A DNA stretch of 64,000 bases from Octopus sinensis (lineage: Eukaryota), in the NCBI RefSeq assembly GCF_006345805.1, contig NC_043002.1, positions 93,062,001 through 93,126,000 of the forward strand, written 5' to 3'. Of this stretch, positions 22,858-36,089 are shown one piece after another. Both the position numbers and the translations under genes were made by a program. Within the stretch, counting starts at the first letter, position 1. Every line of letters begins with the position of its first letter. The notes beneath the pieces were generated by a model that saw only the letters and a program-made list of their open reading frames with translations, ran no database searches and was not told the DNA's origin.

Positions 22858-23994
22858 GTGTGTCATTAAACCAATGTTACCACCAAAAATGGATAACTCT
22901 GACATCACTATACAGTTTTATCTGCCTCTAGTCCAGTTTTTACTATCACAATCCAACGTTATGTCCATAGAAAACACAATTCACTTTCAATAGCCCAGTA
23001 TAAATACTGTATTTTCCTGTATACAACTCAAATTTTTCAGACCAAAATTTACACCCTTCAAAAAAGGTAGGTTGACTTGTACACTAAGATAGATTTGGAT
23101 GACCAAAATTTCCATATGAAGTGCAGCAGGATTTGGAAATATGATGATGATGTTTATACTTCATACTACATCAAATTGTATGCCAGAAAATGTGGTAGAC
23201 ACTTTATTAAATAACTTATCAATGCATTGTTATTTAGCATTACTTCTATAAGCATAGCTGAGAAGTGCAAAGGCCAACAAGCTGACTGTATTGAGATATG
23301 CTATGAAAGTCTCAGTTTCAGAATAAGTACACCACATCCTTGTGTGCTATAAAAAATGACTAAAAGAGAACAAAAGATGACAACAAGAAGAGCATCCAAA
23401 TGTAAAAAAAAACAAAAAACCTGTCCAATCCATGCCAACCAGGAAAATCATCATCATCATCATCATCATCATTTAATGTCCATTTTCCATGCTTGCATGG
23501 GCTGGACAGTTTTGATGGGAGCTGGCCAGCCAGAGAATTGCCCAAGCTCCAATTCTCTGTTTTGGCACAGTTTCTTCAGCTGAACGCTCTTCATAATGCC
23601 AACCACTTTACAGAGTGTATTGAGTCCTTAGCATGGGTGCTTTTTACCTGGCACCAGTACAGGTGCTCTTATGTGGCACCAGCACGTAGATGTAAAATTA
23701 TTATAATGATAATAAATGATGACAATATCTTTAATGAGTGGTGCCTTAACTTTCCAAATAACAGGCTAAAAAAGGTAGTACCCAACTACAAGGTAGGCCT
23801 CTGGCCCATCAGTCTACAAGTTCCCCTTTGTTTTTTAGGTTGGTCCCCCATCTATGGCTAGCTTGTCAGGCCTCTTGTGACTTTACCATATTACTAATTT
23901 TTGCAAGCTGAATGGACTAGAACATGAAATGAAGTGTTTTGCTCAAGAAGACAATGCATTGCCCAGTCCAGGGATTGAAACCACAATTTTACAA

Positions 23995-24398
23995 TTATCG
24001 CCTGACTGGTCCCATGCCGATGGCACGTAAAAAGCACCATTCGAGTGTGGTTGATGCCAGTGCCGGCTGAATAGTCCAATGCCAGTGGCACATAAAAAGC
24101 ACCATTTGAGCATGGTCGTTGACAGTGCCACCTGACTGGCTCCTGTGCTGGTGGCATGTAAAAAGCACCATTCAAGCGTGGTTGATGCACCATCTGACTG
24201 GCCCTCATGCCGGTGGCATGTAAAAAGCACCCTCCACAGTTTCGGAGAGGCTGGCATTAGGAAGTGCATCCAGCTGTAGAAACTTTGCCAGATCAGATTG
24301 GAGCCTGGTGCAGCCTTCTGGCTTGCTAGCCCTCAGTCAAACCATGCAACCCATGCCAGCATGGAAAGCCAATGTTAAACGATGATGATGATGATGAT
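23995..24398 (+). mobile_element. RTE-type 3' UTR with four tandem units of about 65 bp
   Basis: Units at 24014, 24079, 24145 and 24207 (rtgccrgtggcayrtaaaaagcacc), then aggaagtgcatccagctgtagaaac and (gat)n. Confidence 0.85.
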
Positions 24399-25389
24399 TA
24401 GTTCAACACCCTAAACAATAAGCTAAGTACCTCTGCTCCCATATTATAAAACACCTCAGTTTCCAACAAACTTTGAATTCATCCTACTACCACAAGAGAA
24501 CAAGAAAGGATGATGGAGTTATAGAAATAACTAACCTCTGTGTTTTATTTCTCAACTGTTCACACAATTTCAGTCTTTTTTTATATGAGAGATAAAAATC
24601 TACCCCATCACCAACACTTTTGCCAGTATAGAAATTACCAACCTTTTGACTGGTTGTCCAATACCCTAACAGGCAGATTGTCCACTACCTATTAGGCAGA
24701 TTGTCCACTACCCTAACAACCTGACGCATCTGCTTTCTCTCTCTCTCTCTCTCCCTCCCTCCCTCTTTCTCGATTGATTCAATGATTGGAATCTTGTTCT
24801 AATACATTGAATAATCTACTCTTATGTAAACAATCAAATAGTACAATTAACAATGTGTATGTATGTGTGCATGAAAGACAGACAGACTGACAGCGAGTGC
24901 ATGTGTGTAGACATGTATATGTTAGAACAAAATGGTGGAATTCATCTTTATTCTTTTTTTCTCTATCAATCTTGTCATTATATCTTTCAACAAACTTTTT
25001 TGCTTGTTTGTTTGTTTTGTTTTTTCTACATGTAGTTATTCCTTCCATTGCTATCATTCAAACATTTCTTCCTGTAATCTAATCTGTCTTTCATTGATGA
25101 TTATATTCTATTTTGAAGTGTACAAACATCTGATACTTTGAGATCTATGATGTTCAATATATTAATCGTGGCCTATAAAAATTCATCATAATCACCATTA
25201 TCAAACACATTTTTATGTCCATAGTACCTACTGTTAATAATTACTAATGTATTGTGTAGTACTAAGAAGTAAAAAAAGACCTTGACAGAGTATGAGAGAA
25301 ATGGTATGAACATGAATTATTATGAATTTGAATCAAGTAACCAAAGAAGACACACAGAAGACACATGTATTGTCAATATTGTAAATATT

Positions 25390-26400
25390 TTCAAGTTCCG
25401 CCAAGGTCAACTTTGCCTTGCATCCTTTTGGGGGTCAATAAAATAAGTACCAGTTAAGCATTGGGGGATTGATATAATCAACATAATCCCTTCCCAAAAT
25501 TGCTGGCTTTGTGCCAAAATTTGAAACTAATATTGTAATTATTTTATTGACATTGGATGAATAAAAGACAAAAGTTAACCATAGTATGGTTTGAACACAG
25601 AACCAAGAACTAGATGTATTTATTCCAATATTCTTATTTGTTCCATGTTGTACTGAATATTGGTTTCAAAGTTTAGCACAAGATCAGTAATTTGAGGGGT
25701 GGAGACTAGTCAATTACATCAATCCCAGCCCTCAACTAGTACTCAGTTTATCAACCTCGAAAGGATGAAAGGGGCAAAATTTTTCGTCCTTTATTATTAT
25801 TATTATTATTATTATTTGTTCTGGCTCTTTATCTTTTGAATTCAATTTCATTGTTTGTCCTGTCAAATTCAATACAGTGAACAATCAGTCAAGTACCAAG
25901 GCCAATGACTAACATCCTCCTCCCAAAATTGCTGACCCTGTACTTCAATAAGAAAATTATTATTATTATTATTATTAAGGCAGTGAACTGCCAGAATCAT
26001 TAGCAACCATGTGAAATGCTTAGCAGTATTTCACCCGTCTTTATATTGTGAGCCCAAATTTCAAGGTCGACTTTGCCTTTCATCATTTTGGAGTCGATCA
26101 ATTAAGCACCCACCAAATTTTAGATCTTATGCCTTTAGTAGAAAGGATTATTATTATTATTATTATTATTATTAAGGTGGCAAGCTGGCAGAATCGTTAG
26201 CACACTAGACAAAATGCTTAGTGGTATTTCACCCATTGCTGCATTCTGAGTTCAAATTCCACCAAGGTCGACTTCGCCTTTCATCCTTTCAGGGTCAATA
26301 AATTAAGTACCAGTTATGCACTAGGGTCAATGTAATCAATTAGCCCACTCCTCCACAATTTCCTGCTTTGTGCCTATAGTAGAAAAGATTATCATTATTA
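25390..26400. mobile_element. Cluster of about five SINE-A copies, the last three head-to-tail
   Basis: New heads (aaggcagtgaactgccag, aaggtggcaagctggcag) start directly after the (att)n tails of the previous copy. Confidence 0.8.
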
Positions 26401-28703
26401 TTACTTTTTCCAACCCATGCTAGCATGAAAAACAGATGTTATATGATGATGATATATTTCAAATCTTTCCAATTTTATGCAATTTTGAACATTCTTTGAG
26501 TGATTTCTAAATTATCCAGTAATAACCAAACAAATAAGTGACTCATGTTTTGAATAGGTCTGCAAATATGTCATTCAGGTAAATTAACCAATTCACAATA
26601 CTATCACTGAGAAAAAATCTGATGCAACAAGCTTCAAAAAGCAAATTTGACCTTCATAGTAAAAATTTGTCCTAGTTATGTAAACAAATAAAGAGAGTGC
26701 TTGAGTATTTCAGGTAAATGACTAACAATACTGCATCGTTAAATAAAGTAGCCAACCATTATATAGATTCATTAAGCAAAATATATTGGCATTTTCAATA
26801 AGTGGGACCAATAGGTAATACCACGACGTTACAATTGCATGCTAAGCAAAAGCATTCAGCTAACCAGTTTCACAAATAGATACAGATCTCTATTCACAGA
26901 AACCTCAAACTCATGTTTGTATAGCAAAGTAGATGATATAATGCTCAAGAGTATATAAAGAGGCAGAAGGAAAATATCATACTAACAATGAGCAGCTTGG
27001 AAAAGAGAGTTATGTAAATTCTGATGAGTTCAAAGTATGAGGGAACTAGTTGCTGCTTCAATCATCATTCCAGGTTACTGAAAAGGTCATGTGATGACAG
27101 TGAAATTAAATATATATGAATATGATTCCAAATATATATATATTTATATTTAGTTATGCATGCTAAATATACATATTTGTAATCTAAATAAACAATTGAA
27201 ATAGGTATTTTTTTTTTTAAACTATGGAACAGGATGTCTGGTAAACAAAAATGTTTCAAATGTATGGTTGGGCAACATACAAAGAAACAGAGAATAACAT
27301 TTAACCAATCAGAAGCTGGTAGAAGGAACAATATCTACCAAAGGAATCAGAATAAATTATTATAATGCATATGAATTTAATTAGTAATCATAAGACTTCT
27401 CCAATATAATTAAGTCTAAATGGTTTTACATGATGATGATGATGATGACAACAATGATGGCAAGAATGATGATGACAACAATGACAATGATGATGACAAA
27501 GAAAATACTACTGTACTGAGAAAAAAGTCAATTAAAGAGGATACAAGTGATGTGGAAAACAAGAACCACTGGATTATAATTTGTACATATAAAAGATGCA
27601 AGCAGATTTTTCATTTCAAGGTGATTGGAGGATTATGTTATACTTATTCTCTGGTATTATAAACTATCATGTTAAACAGCAAACTGAAAATAATTACGGA
27701 GATGTACCTGCATAGCAAGTGACCTGATCTGAGATCGTGTGCTGAAACAAAAACAATTGCAGCGTGGAAGGTGTTTATAAGCCATTTAAGAAACACACAA
27801 AAACCGTTAGATTCACTTCAACGTTTAAATTTAATTTGCCAAAATATTTTCGTTGCTTTGAGACCGCGACCTGTTCAATGACAAAATTCCATGCTAATGA
27901 AATTCAGATTGCCAATACTATAAACAAAATTTATAGTATCACTACGATCTTAGCATGACTTTTGCAAAATTCTCTAACTTGAGCATTTTTCATTTCTAGT
28001 TGACTTTATTTTCGGAGTATATGAACAACTGGGCAATCTTCCAAGAGAGACATTGCCAAAATACATTGCCCTGGATTCCCAGCAGTGCTTTGTGTCTTTG
28101 AGCAAAGCACTATATTCCACATTGCTCCAATTCACTCAGCTGACAAAAATGAGTTGTACCTGAATTTCAATGAGCCAGCCTTGTAAATATTCTCAGTTGC
28201 ACTGAATCTCCCCGAGTTCAATGTTAAGGGTACGCATGTCAGTGTGCTCAGCCACTTGCACATTAGTTTCACAAGCAGACTGTTCCGTTGATCAGATCAA
28301 CTGGTACCCTCCTCATCATCATAACCAACAGAGTGCCTTGTTATACTGCCCTCAATTGTGATATGGCATTATTGTATGACAAAGAGAATCACACTGACAT
28401 TGAATTAACAGATACCGTCTTAGTACAGTTGTAATGTTTAACAGGAATGGTATAAGTAATGTTCTTAGCACTAATAGCTAATAATATATTTGTGGTACAT
28501 TTGCAAGCTATACCAGATTTTCAGTTTGCCCACGGAAATTCTGTTGGGCATGGATTGAGTCTACAAGTTAGAAACATTACATGAAGATAGTTTGTTAGAA
28601 AATTTGTGTGGAAGTACCAAGTAGTCAGATGAATATAGCAGTTATTAAACAGATGGAATTTCTAACTAGTTGTTGTGTGATAGTCCATATGTATGATGCA
28701 ATT

Positions 28704-28910
28704 AAGGTGGTAAGCTGGCTGAGTCATTAGTATGCTGGACAAACTGCTGAGTAGCATTTTTTCAGGCTTTACATTCTGAGTTCAAATGCCACCAAAGTTA
28801 ACTTTGCCTTTCATCCTTTCAAGGTCAATTAAGTACCTGTTGGGCACCAGGGTTGATATAATCAACAGGCTCACTCACCCAAAATTCCAAGCTTTGTGCC
28901 TATAGTAGAA
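28704..28910 (+). mobile_element. SINE-A
   Basis: aaggtggtaagctggctgagtcattag..ttctgagttcaaatgcc..ttgcctttcatcctttc..tttgtgcctatagtagaa. Confidence 0.8.
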
Positions 28911-29700
28911 TGAATATTTACAATGCAAATATCCAGCTGTCTGAGGAAGAAAACAATTGCCACATGCAAAAAGGGGTAATTGGATATGTTGTCATGAAGG
29001 AAATGAATGGTAACTGGAATGTTGGTAGTCCTTAATACAGACACTCTAAGACAATTGGGACTGGTTATTGTCAAGTGAAGTAATTACACCAGAAACAAAA
29101 ACTACTTCAATGATGCCAAGGCAGCAAAGAATGGAGCGGAGTCAAGTAGCAATCAGACAAGGAGTTCATCTTAAATAACCTGAAGAACTGCAGTATAAAG
29201 ATGTTTGCCTGGAAATGGAAACCTGATTACAAGAAATTATAAATACCATCTTACAGTGTGAGTCTGTAGATAGAGACATAATTCCACAAAGCTGATCAAT
29301 AATAAATCTATGGAGGTTGGTTACAATTATGCTAAGGATACAAAATAGAAACCATTCTCTTAAATATTTTGTTGAGATCACTAACAATGTGAACTAGTTT
29401 GATAGGAACAATACTTTACTTAAAAGAATGCAACAGTAGACACCAAGGAAACCAATGTGGCAAATAATAAGTATGAAAAGTTTGTAAAGTGGAATGTGAG
29501 GAAGAAATCCTTCATTTTAAGCCAAATCTTTTGTTGGAAACATGAAATGACAAAATATTTCATCTCTTTTCAGTGATGTGCTTTGTCTAAGACATTAGAC
29601 TACTTTTCTTCCTCATGGTGAACTGTTTTATTCCTCCTTGAGAACATTTTTGTGTTTCAGCGGAACAATGGCAAAATAACATCATCTTGCCTTACACATA

Positions 29701-30981
29701 GGCGCAGGAGTGGCTGTATGGTATGGAACTTGCTTACCAAGCACATGGTTCCGGGTTCAGTCCCACAGTGTGGTACCTTGGGCAAATGTCTTCTACTATA
29801 GCTTCGGGCCAACCAAAGACTAGTGAGTGGATTTGGTAGATGGAAACTGAAAGAAGCCCATCGTATATATGTATGCGTGTGTCTATGTTTGTGTGTCTGT
29901 GTTTGTCCACTCCCCACCGACATCACTTGACAACTGATGCTGGTGTGTTTACATCCCCGTAACTTAGCAGTTCGGCAAAAGAGGAAGATAGAATAAGTGC
30001 TAGGCTTACAAAGAATAACACAGTTCTATATTTAAGAGATGAGGAAATATGTAATAATAATAATAATAATAATAATTGTGTACAGTGCTCAGGTGCACTA
30101 CAACTCATCTAAAGTGTATATATAATCAGGTGTAGTTTCGACGGATTTCGGGAAGCATGAGGGCCTTAAAGGATGCAGTGTCATGGCAGTCAACAACTGA
30201 TGCAGGCAGTTTATTCCACGCTTCAGCAACCCTGAGCGTGAAAAAATGTTTCCGAAAGTCATGGGAGCTGTGCTGTTTTCTGACTTTGTAGGCATGTCCA
30301 CGTGTGTTAGACACATGGAGATCAAAAAGGTGTTCAGTGTTGTTGTTGGTGAGGTGGTTGATAACCTTGTGGGTGTTTACCAAGTCCGTCGCTAGACGCC
30401 GGAGCTTCAGTGAATCCATGCCCAGGGAAACAAGGCGCTCAGAATATGGTAGGTGTCTGATGGAGGGTATGCGTTTGGTTGCACGTCTCTGGACAGATTC
30501 CAGGAGGTCAATGTTCTGAGCAAGATAGGGATTCCAAACTGATGATGCGAATTCCAAGTGTGGTCGTACCATAGCTGTATACAGTTTTAAATAGATGGCT
30601 GGAGAGCGGCTAACAAAAGTCTTGCTGAGTGATGCCAAGACACCCTCGGCCTTCTTGACAATTTTAGAGATATGCTTTGTCCAACGCAAATCACTGCTGA
30701 CAGTGATGCCTAGGTCATGCTCGCAAGAGGATTTCTTGATATCAGTGTTGTGGAGGGAGTATGTGGACACAGGGTTTTTTCTCCCAAAATGCATGGTGGT
30801 ACACTTGTCCACAGCCAGTTTCAGTTGCCAGTCTGTGATCCATTGCTGCATTGTGTCTAGGTCTGATTGCAATATCTGTCAAATGTAAATAATGTTACAA
30901 AGAAAAGATTTGCTTGACTTAAGGCGGTGCTCCAGCATGGCCGCAGTCAAATGATGGAAACAAGTAAAAGAATAAAAGAAT
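29701..30981 (+). mobile_element. SINE-B split by a CR1 insertion
   Basis: Head at 29701, interrupted after ttacaaagaataa (30006-30018), resuming ttacaaagaaaag (30895-30907) and continuing to the tail. Confidence 0.85.
30019..30894 (-). mobile_element. Young 5'-truncated CR1 LINE with an uninterrupted 248-aa ORF2 C-terminus (30126-30872)
   Basis: Motifs DLGITVSSDL.W..HI, YTAMVRPHLEFASSVWNP, LESVQRRATK, RR...DL...HK, TRGH.YK and F..RV..AWN.LP. (ATT)n tail at 30053-30076. Confidence 0.95.
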
Positions 30982-31719
30982 AACTCCATATTGAAGATTT
31001 TTCAGCTGCATCAAAGACTCAAGTTTGATAACAAATATTATTTGACAAAGACAAATTGTGGACTGGCCACAGAACCAAATATAATATCACAGAACTTCAG
31101 GATACTTTTGTTTCTATAACCCACAAAATGCTCATCAACATGCAGTGGTGCTTCTTTAGTGTACAGTAAATGAAACTCTAATCTGTAATTCTTAACCCTA
31201 ACCCAGATCAGGTAATTTGACAACATAGGTTGTATCAGCTACAGGATATTGTGGTAGACCTCATGCTAAAGAAGCACCCATTAGCACTATAAAAGTAAAA
31301 GTATTAAAATGAACAATTTCGAGGGAGTCCACCAGCTGTACTGAGGTTCTACAGCTAATGTCAGAGAGGAAGCTATATTAGTAGCAAGTCTATTGGCTGT
31401 TATCTCATCACAGGATGGTTCAACAACATATGCAGTTACACAGAATGGCATAATGCCAGGCAGGATTGGGGGAAAAAAAACGCAGTATTGTCAAACAGAG
31501 TAAGCTGAACAATTTTATATATACAGATGCAGAAAGCTAAAATGAGAGCTTCTATGTGATTGCTTGACCTACAAGAAATAGTAGCCAAATTAACCCCATA
31601 TGAAACAATATAGTCACCAATTCCCCAGAGTACACAGGATGAGAACAGATACAATGCTTCTGATCATAAGTTTGTTCAATCAAAGCTGACCTGAGTCTAA
31701 ACAACAAATTAAAAAAAAA

Positions 31720-31928
31720 TTTTTTTATTTGTTTCAGTCATTTGATTGCGGCCATGCTGGAGCACCGCCTTTAGTCGAGCAAATCGACTCCAGGACTTAT
31801 TCCTTGTAAGCCTAGTACTTATTATATTGGTCTCTTTTGCCAAACCGCTAAGTTACGGGGATGTAAACACACCAGCATCGGTTGTCAAGCAATGTTGGGG
31901 GATGGGGGGTAAACACAGACACACAAAC

Positions 31929-31970
<42 letters not shown>

Positions 31971-32134
31971 ACGACAGGCTTCTTTCAGTTTCCATCTACC
32001 AAATCCACCCACAAGGCTTTGGTTGGCCTGAGGCTATAGTAGAAAACACTTGCCCAAGGTACCACAGAGTGGGACTGAACTCGGAACCATGTGGTTGGTA
32101 AGCAAGCTACTCACCAAACAGCCACTCTTGCGCC
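31720..32134 (-). mobile_element. Full-length SINE-B
   Basis: Same modules as 4174-4583. Confidence 0.9.
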
Positions 32135-33031
32135 TATAAATGAAAATAATAACAGCACAGTTGAGGAAAAATACCACAAGAAAGTGTTTGGCAAACTAAA
32201 TACACATCACCAAGGTCACATTTGTAAATAATACAATGAGTTCACTAGTTAGATTGAAAGAAAAACATCCACTTCTATCCCCTGCATGGCTTTTATTCTC
32301 CAAAATGTTCAATCAACTGATTTTATATGAATTATTGCTCCTGTTTGTACTTTTTCCTTTTTTTTTTACATTTCAAACACCTATGGAGAAAGTTTTTATC
32401 TGCTATTTACATGGATAATCTCAGTCACAATTTATAACATCCAAGTATGTGTTATGTTAGGTTGATCAAAACATAACAAGGTGTGGAAGCATTTGCAACA
32501 TCTGCTGAATGAAACTAGAGTTGAGTAAGATGAAGCACCAAGTGCAGCTGCATTGTTTTTGTTTCTATGTTTGTTTGCTTTTTGTCGTTTTTTTTTTTTT
32601 TTATTAACCGGATTCTTCCTTTTGTTGATTCTAATATTTCAAAAACATAGAAAGTAGTTTGAAGACAAGGGTAACTGGATAAGCTTGTTTGAGTTTGAAC
32701 AAACTATGCAGTGTAGCATTGTTTCCTTTGATAAATGCTATAAGGCCTCTCAGTATTAATGGGACGTTTTTGAAGACGTTTTTTATCAATTTGCTGATGG
32801 TTAGATACAGTTGTTAAAAGTAGATATATTTATTATATAGTTTTAGTTCTGTGAAAAGGAATAAATTCGGTGAAAGAATAATTTCTCCACGAAATAAAGG
32901 AAGAACGATTCTAAACAGAAATTAAAATTTTACTAGAAAAAAGAAGTTGCATATAATTTCGAATTTAATGTATATCTTCATATTACCAATGACCAAAGTA
33001 GTTTCAAAGACAATAATGACATGCTACGTAC

Positions 33032-33180
33032 CATTCCGTATATGAGAGTTAAATTTAAAGACAGATAAATGTTCAAGGAGACTAGCGAGGTTTCATGTCC
33101 TTTCGTAATCAATATGTGTTAGTCGATAACAACATATCAGATATTGAATAATACGGCTATTTATAGAGCAAATACCAATC
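33032..33180 (-). promoter_or_regulatory. Candidate TATA/CCAAT promoter and short first exon ending ATG|gtacgt
   Basis: CCAAT at 33175-33179, minus-strand TATAAATAG at 33165-33157 and donor-like gtacgt at 33031. CpG-retaining, TE-poor context. Confidence 0.35.
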
Positions 33181-33269
33181 AGTCCGAACGATAAACTATT
33201 TCTACTTCGGGTGTTGTTGTCTCGATGTGTGTGTGTGGGGCAGTCAGTCAATCAAGTAAATTCATTAGA

Positions 33270-33571
33270 TAATAATAATATAATAATAATAATGAAATTA
33301 TTGTATACAGTGCTCAGGTGCACCACAACTTGTCAGAAAGTGCATTAACCCTTTCGTTACCAACCCGGCTGAAACTGGCTCTGGCTCTGAGTATAAATGT
33401 CTTGTTTCATAAGTTTTGAATTAAAATCTTCCACCAAACCTTAGCCATAATTTATGTTCCTAACACTAGCTTAACGATAACTAAGTTATTTTACTGAATT
33501 CTTTGTTATATTTAAAGTAATTGAAAGAAACACAGAACATCTCAAAATATATACAGTAACGAAAGGGTTAA
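33270..33571. mobile_element. CR1 3' tail fragment (33270-33344) abutting TTAA MITE-B (33349-33567)
   Basis: tgtatacagtgctcaggtgcac matches 30077-30100. MITE-B is nearly identical to 7089-7309, with TTAA on both sides. Confidence 0.88.
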
Positions 33572-34443
33572 GAGAACAGTGTTAAAAGATATTTTTCATT
33601 TGTCCCTTTTTCTATATATCCATCCTGCACAATATCTATGAAAAATCGAAACACAAATCCGATAACTGAATAAAAAGACGAGTTAAGAATATGGAAACAA
33701 CGAAACCCTGTTCATTCATGATACATCGAGAAAGAAGTTGTTTAGGAATATAAGGAAACACCCCCAAAATATTAAATGTTCTGTGAACGATGTTCAAATA
33801 ATACAATAAACTGATTTACTATTACGAGAATAAGTCAAATACTTCCTTTTTTTTTTATTTGTATTTGGATACAGAGGCAAGACTTATCTTACGAAACTAA
33901 GGCAAATACTTTATTTCAAAATGTCACACCCCCTCCCGACGTACAGCTGATTCTAATAAACATTTGGTGTTACATTAAATAGAGCGTGAATTAAATCTAT
34001 CAAGCATAAAATAAACACGATACTTTGTAAACACGTTTCCTTAAAAACACACAATAGGATCAACATATGACAACTATTTATTATATGACTTGATTGCTAC
34101 ATATCAATCCAGCGTGTATATTTAGAAATTTTTTTCTTATATTTTTCTTTCATAGGTAGAGACATGCAAATAGAGTTAAAATACAGTTAATTTAACCTTT
34201 AATTTTTGCTTTATCGAACCGAGAAGCAAAAGAGTAACACAACTGGTCTTTCACCCCATAACAATTATATATAATGTTGTGTTTGTAACACTGAAATTTA
34301 TCTCTATATCAGTCAGGAACCAAATATAATAGAACAATTTTTTGGCCAGTCCGGTAAAACATAAATCCGAAAGAAGCACTCCCTAAGATGTCTAAGGTGT
34401 AGAGCAGTATATATTACAAAAGGGAAAACCCGGTTTATGGGAT

Positions 34444-34594
34444 TACCTTAGGTTTCCCGTCCATAAAAGGTTTAGCTTTATGGTGTACCGCTAGATCCCA
34501 AACTCTGTTGGCCCGAGGTCATGGACCAACAGGTTTTTGGGGTCTGATGATACGCCATAAAACTAAACCTTTTATGGACGGGAAATCTAAGGTA
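34444..34594. repeat. 151-bp fold-back hairpin flanked by TA
   Basis: Arms 34444-34511 and 34526-34594; the outer 40 bp are 38/40 complementary. Partial second copy near 34820-34868. Confidence 0.9.
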
Positions 34595-34608
34595 GTGTGT
34601 GTATGTAT

Positions 34609-34643
<35 letters not shown>

Positions 34644-34870
34644 CACACAGAGAGAAAGAGAGAACTCTTTAATTTGTTTCAACTTTAAAGCCACAGTCAT
34701 AAATAACGTGTGTATTTGTTTATATATTTATTCTGCAAGATTCGTGTGCCTGTGTTTAATTGATAAAATATGAGCATTCTCATGTATAACAATATATATA
34801 TATCAAAAGTGGGGAAAGGCCGGTTTATGGGATTACCCACCCATAAAGGGTTTAACTTTATGGCGTGTAT

Positions 34871-34950
<80 letters not shown>

Positions 34951-34954
<4 letters not shown>

Positions 34955-35245
34955 AGGAGTGGCCAAGTGTCTCCTACTCTAGCCTCGAGCCGACCAAAGC
35001 CTTGTGAGTGGATTTGGTAGACGGACGTTGAAAGAGGCGCGTCGTATATATCTATATATGTGTGTGTGTGTATTTGTGTGTCTGTGTTAGTTCCCCCACC
35101 ACCACCACCATCGCTTAACAACCGATGTTGGTGTGTTTGCGTCCCCGTAAGTTAGCGGTTCAGCAAAATTCTCCGATAGAATAAGTACTAGGCTTACAAA
35201 GAATAAGTCTTGGGGTCGGTTTGTTCGACTAAATGACTGAAACAA

Positions 35246-35247
<2 letters not shown>
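34951..35247 (+). mobile_element. SINE-B with two internal deletions (head and tail stem-loop)
   Basis: The junctions gtggc|caagtg and cgactaaa|tgactgaaac skip consensus segments at short microhomologies. Confidence 0.85.
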
Positions 35248-35324
<77 letters not shown>

Positions 35325-36089
35325 TGTGAGTATGATGGTTTTATTGCTATATTCTATGGAAGTTCTGATACTCAATAGTTACAAGTTCCCCAAAAATATC
35401 ACTGACAAATTCAACGATATACCAACTATTTGCCGAAAAGAAATAAAAAAAGATAATTTAAAACAATCGCAAAGTGAAGGACACAAGCATATTGTGCTTT
35501 GTTTTGTCTCTGTATATATGCTACGATGGAAATATCTTATATAATGTGTGTGTGTGTGTAATTTGTATCACCACGGTTGATTGATATGATTTTCGAAATC
35601 ATATCAATCAAGGTAGTGAAGAAAAGAAAAAAAAAGATAATCGATGAATAAAGTGGATATTATTTTACTATAACGGTATCATAATGTTTAGTTATTAATT
35701 AATAACGCAAGTAATGTAATTAAAATCATCACAAAATTGAAATTGCAGGCAAAAATAATAAAATATAGACCACCCGTACACTAAGGGAAAACAAAAAAAA
35801 AACATAAGTATATTGCTGATAAACAGTTATCGATTTTTTTTTTTCTTAAGAAAAGTAAAATGCATGCAACATTTCAAATAAATAAACTTGCGCAGGTACA
35901 GACGAATAGAATATTGAAATTACCGCAACGTCAGCCGACTTGCATGTTATAAAACAAATGGTGTGGTGACAATAGATCTTTGGCAATCCAAGAAGTGTGG
36001 TTTAAAAAATATATAAATAGTAATATAAACTGGTAATGTGATCGTCTACTGTATATAGTAGTTGTTATAGGTGCAGGAGAGAGTCGGCA

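Noticed and set aside
24014-24231. CRISPR array (25-nt palindromic repeat, about 40-nt spacers)
   Set aside because: The spacers are homologous to each other, the repeats are degenerate, the array is part of a dispersed RTE 3' UTR, there are no cas genes, and the context is eukaryotic.
27420-27662. Asp/Asn-rich 80-aa ORF
   Set aside because: Driven by a degenerate (GAT/AAC) microsatellite, with no convincing splice sites or homology.
29010-29350. Possible RTE endonuclease remnant (WNVGS.., LQEIINTI)
   Set aside because: Too degraded; the motifs are not collinear enough to support a call.
32610-32790. Second exon following the ATG-only exon candidate
   Set aside because: The frame required by a phase-0 junction stops after 30 codons and the donor is weak.
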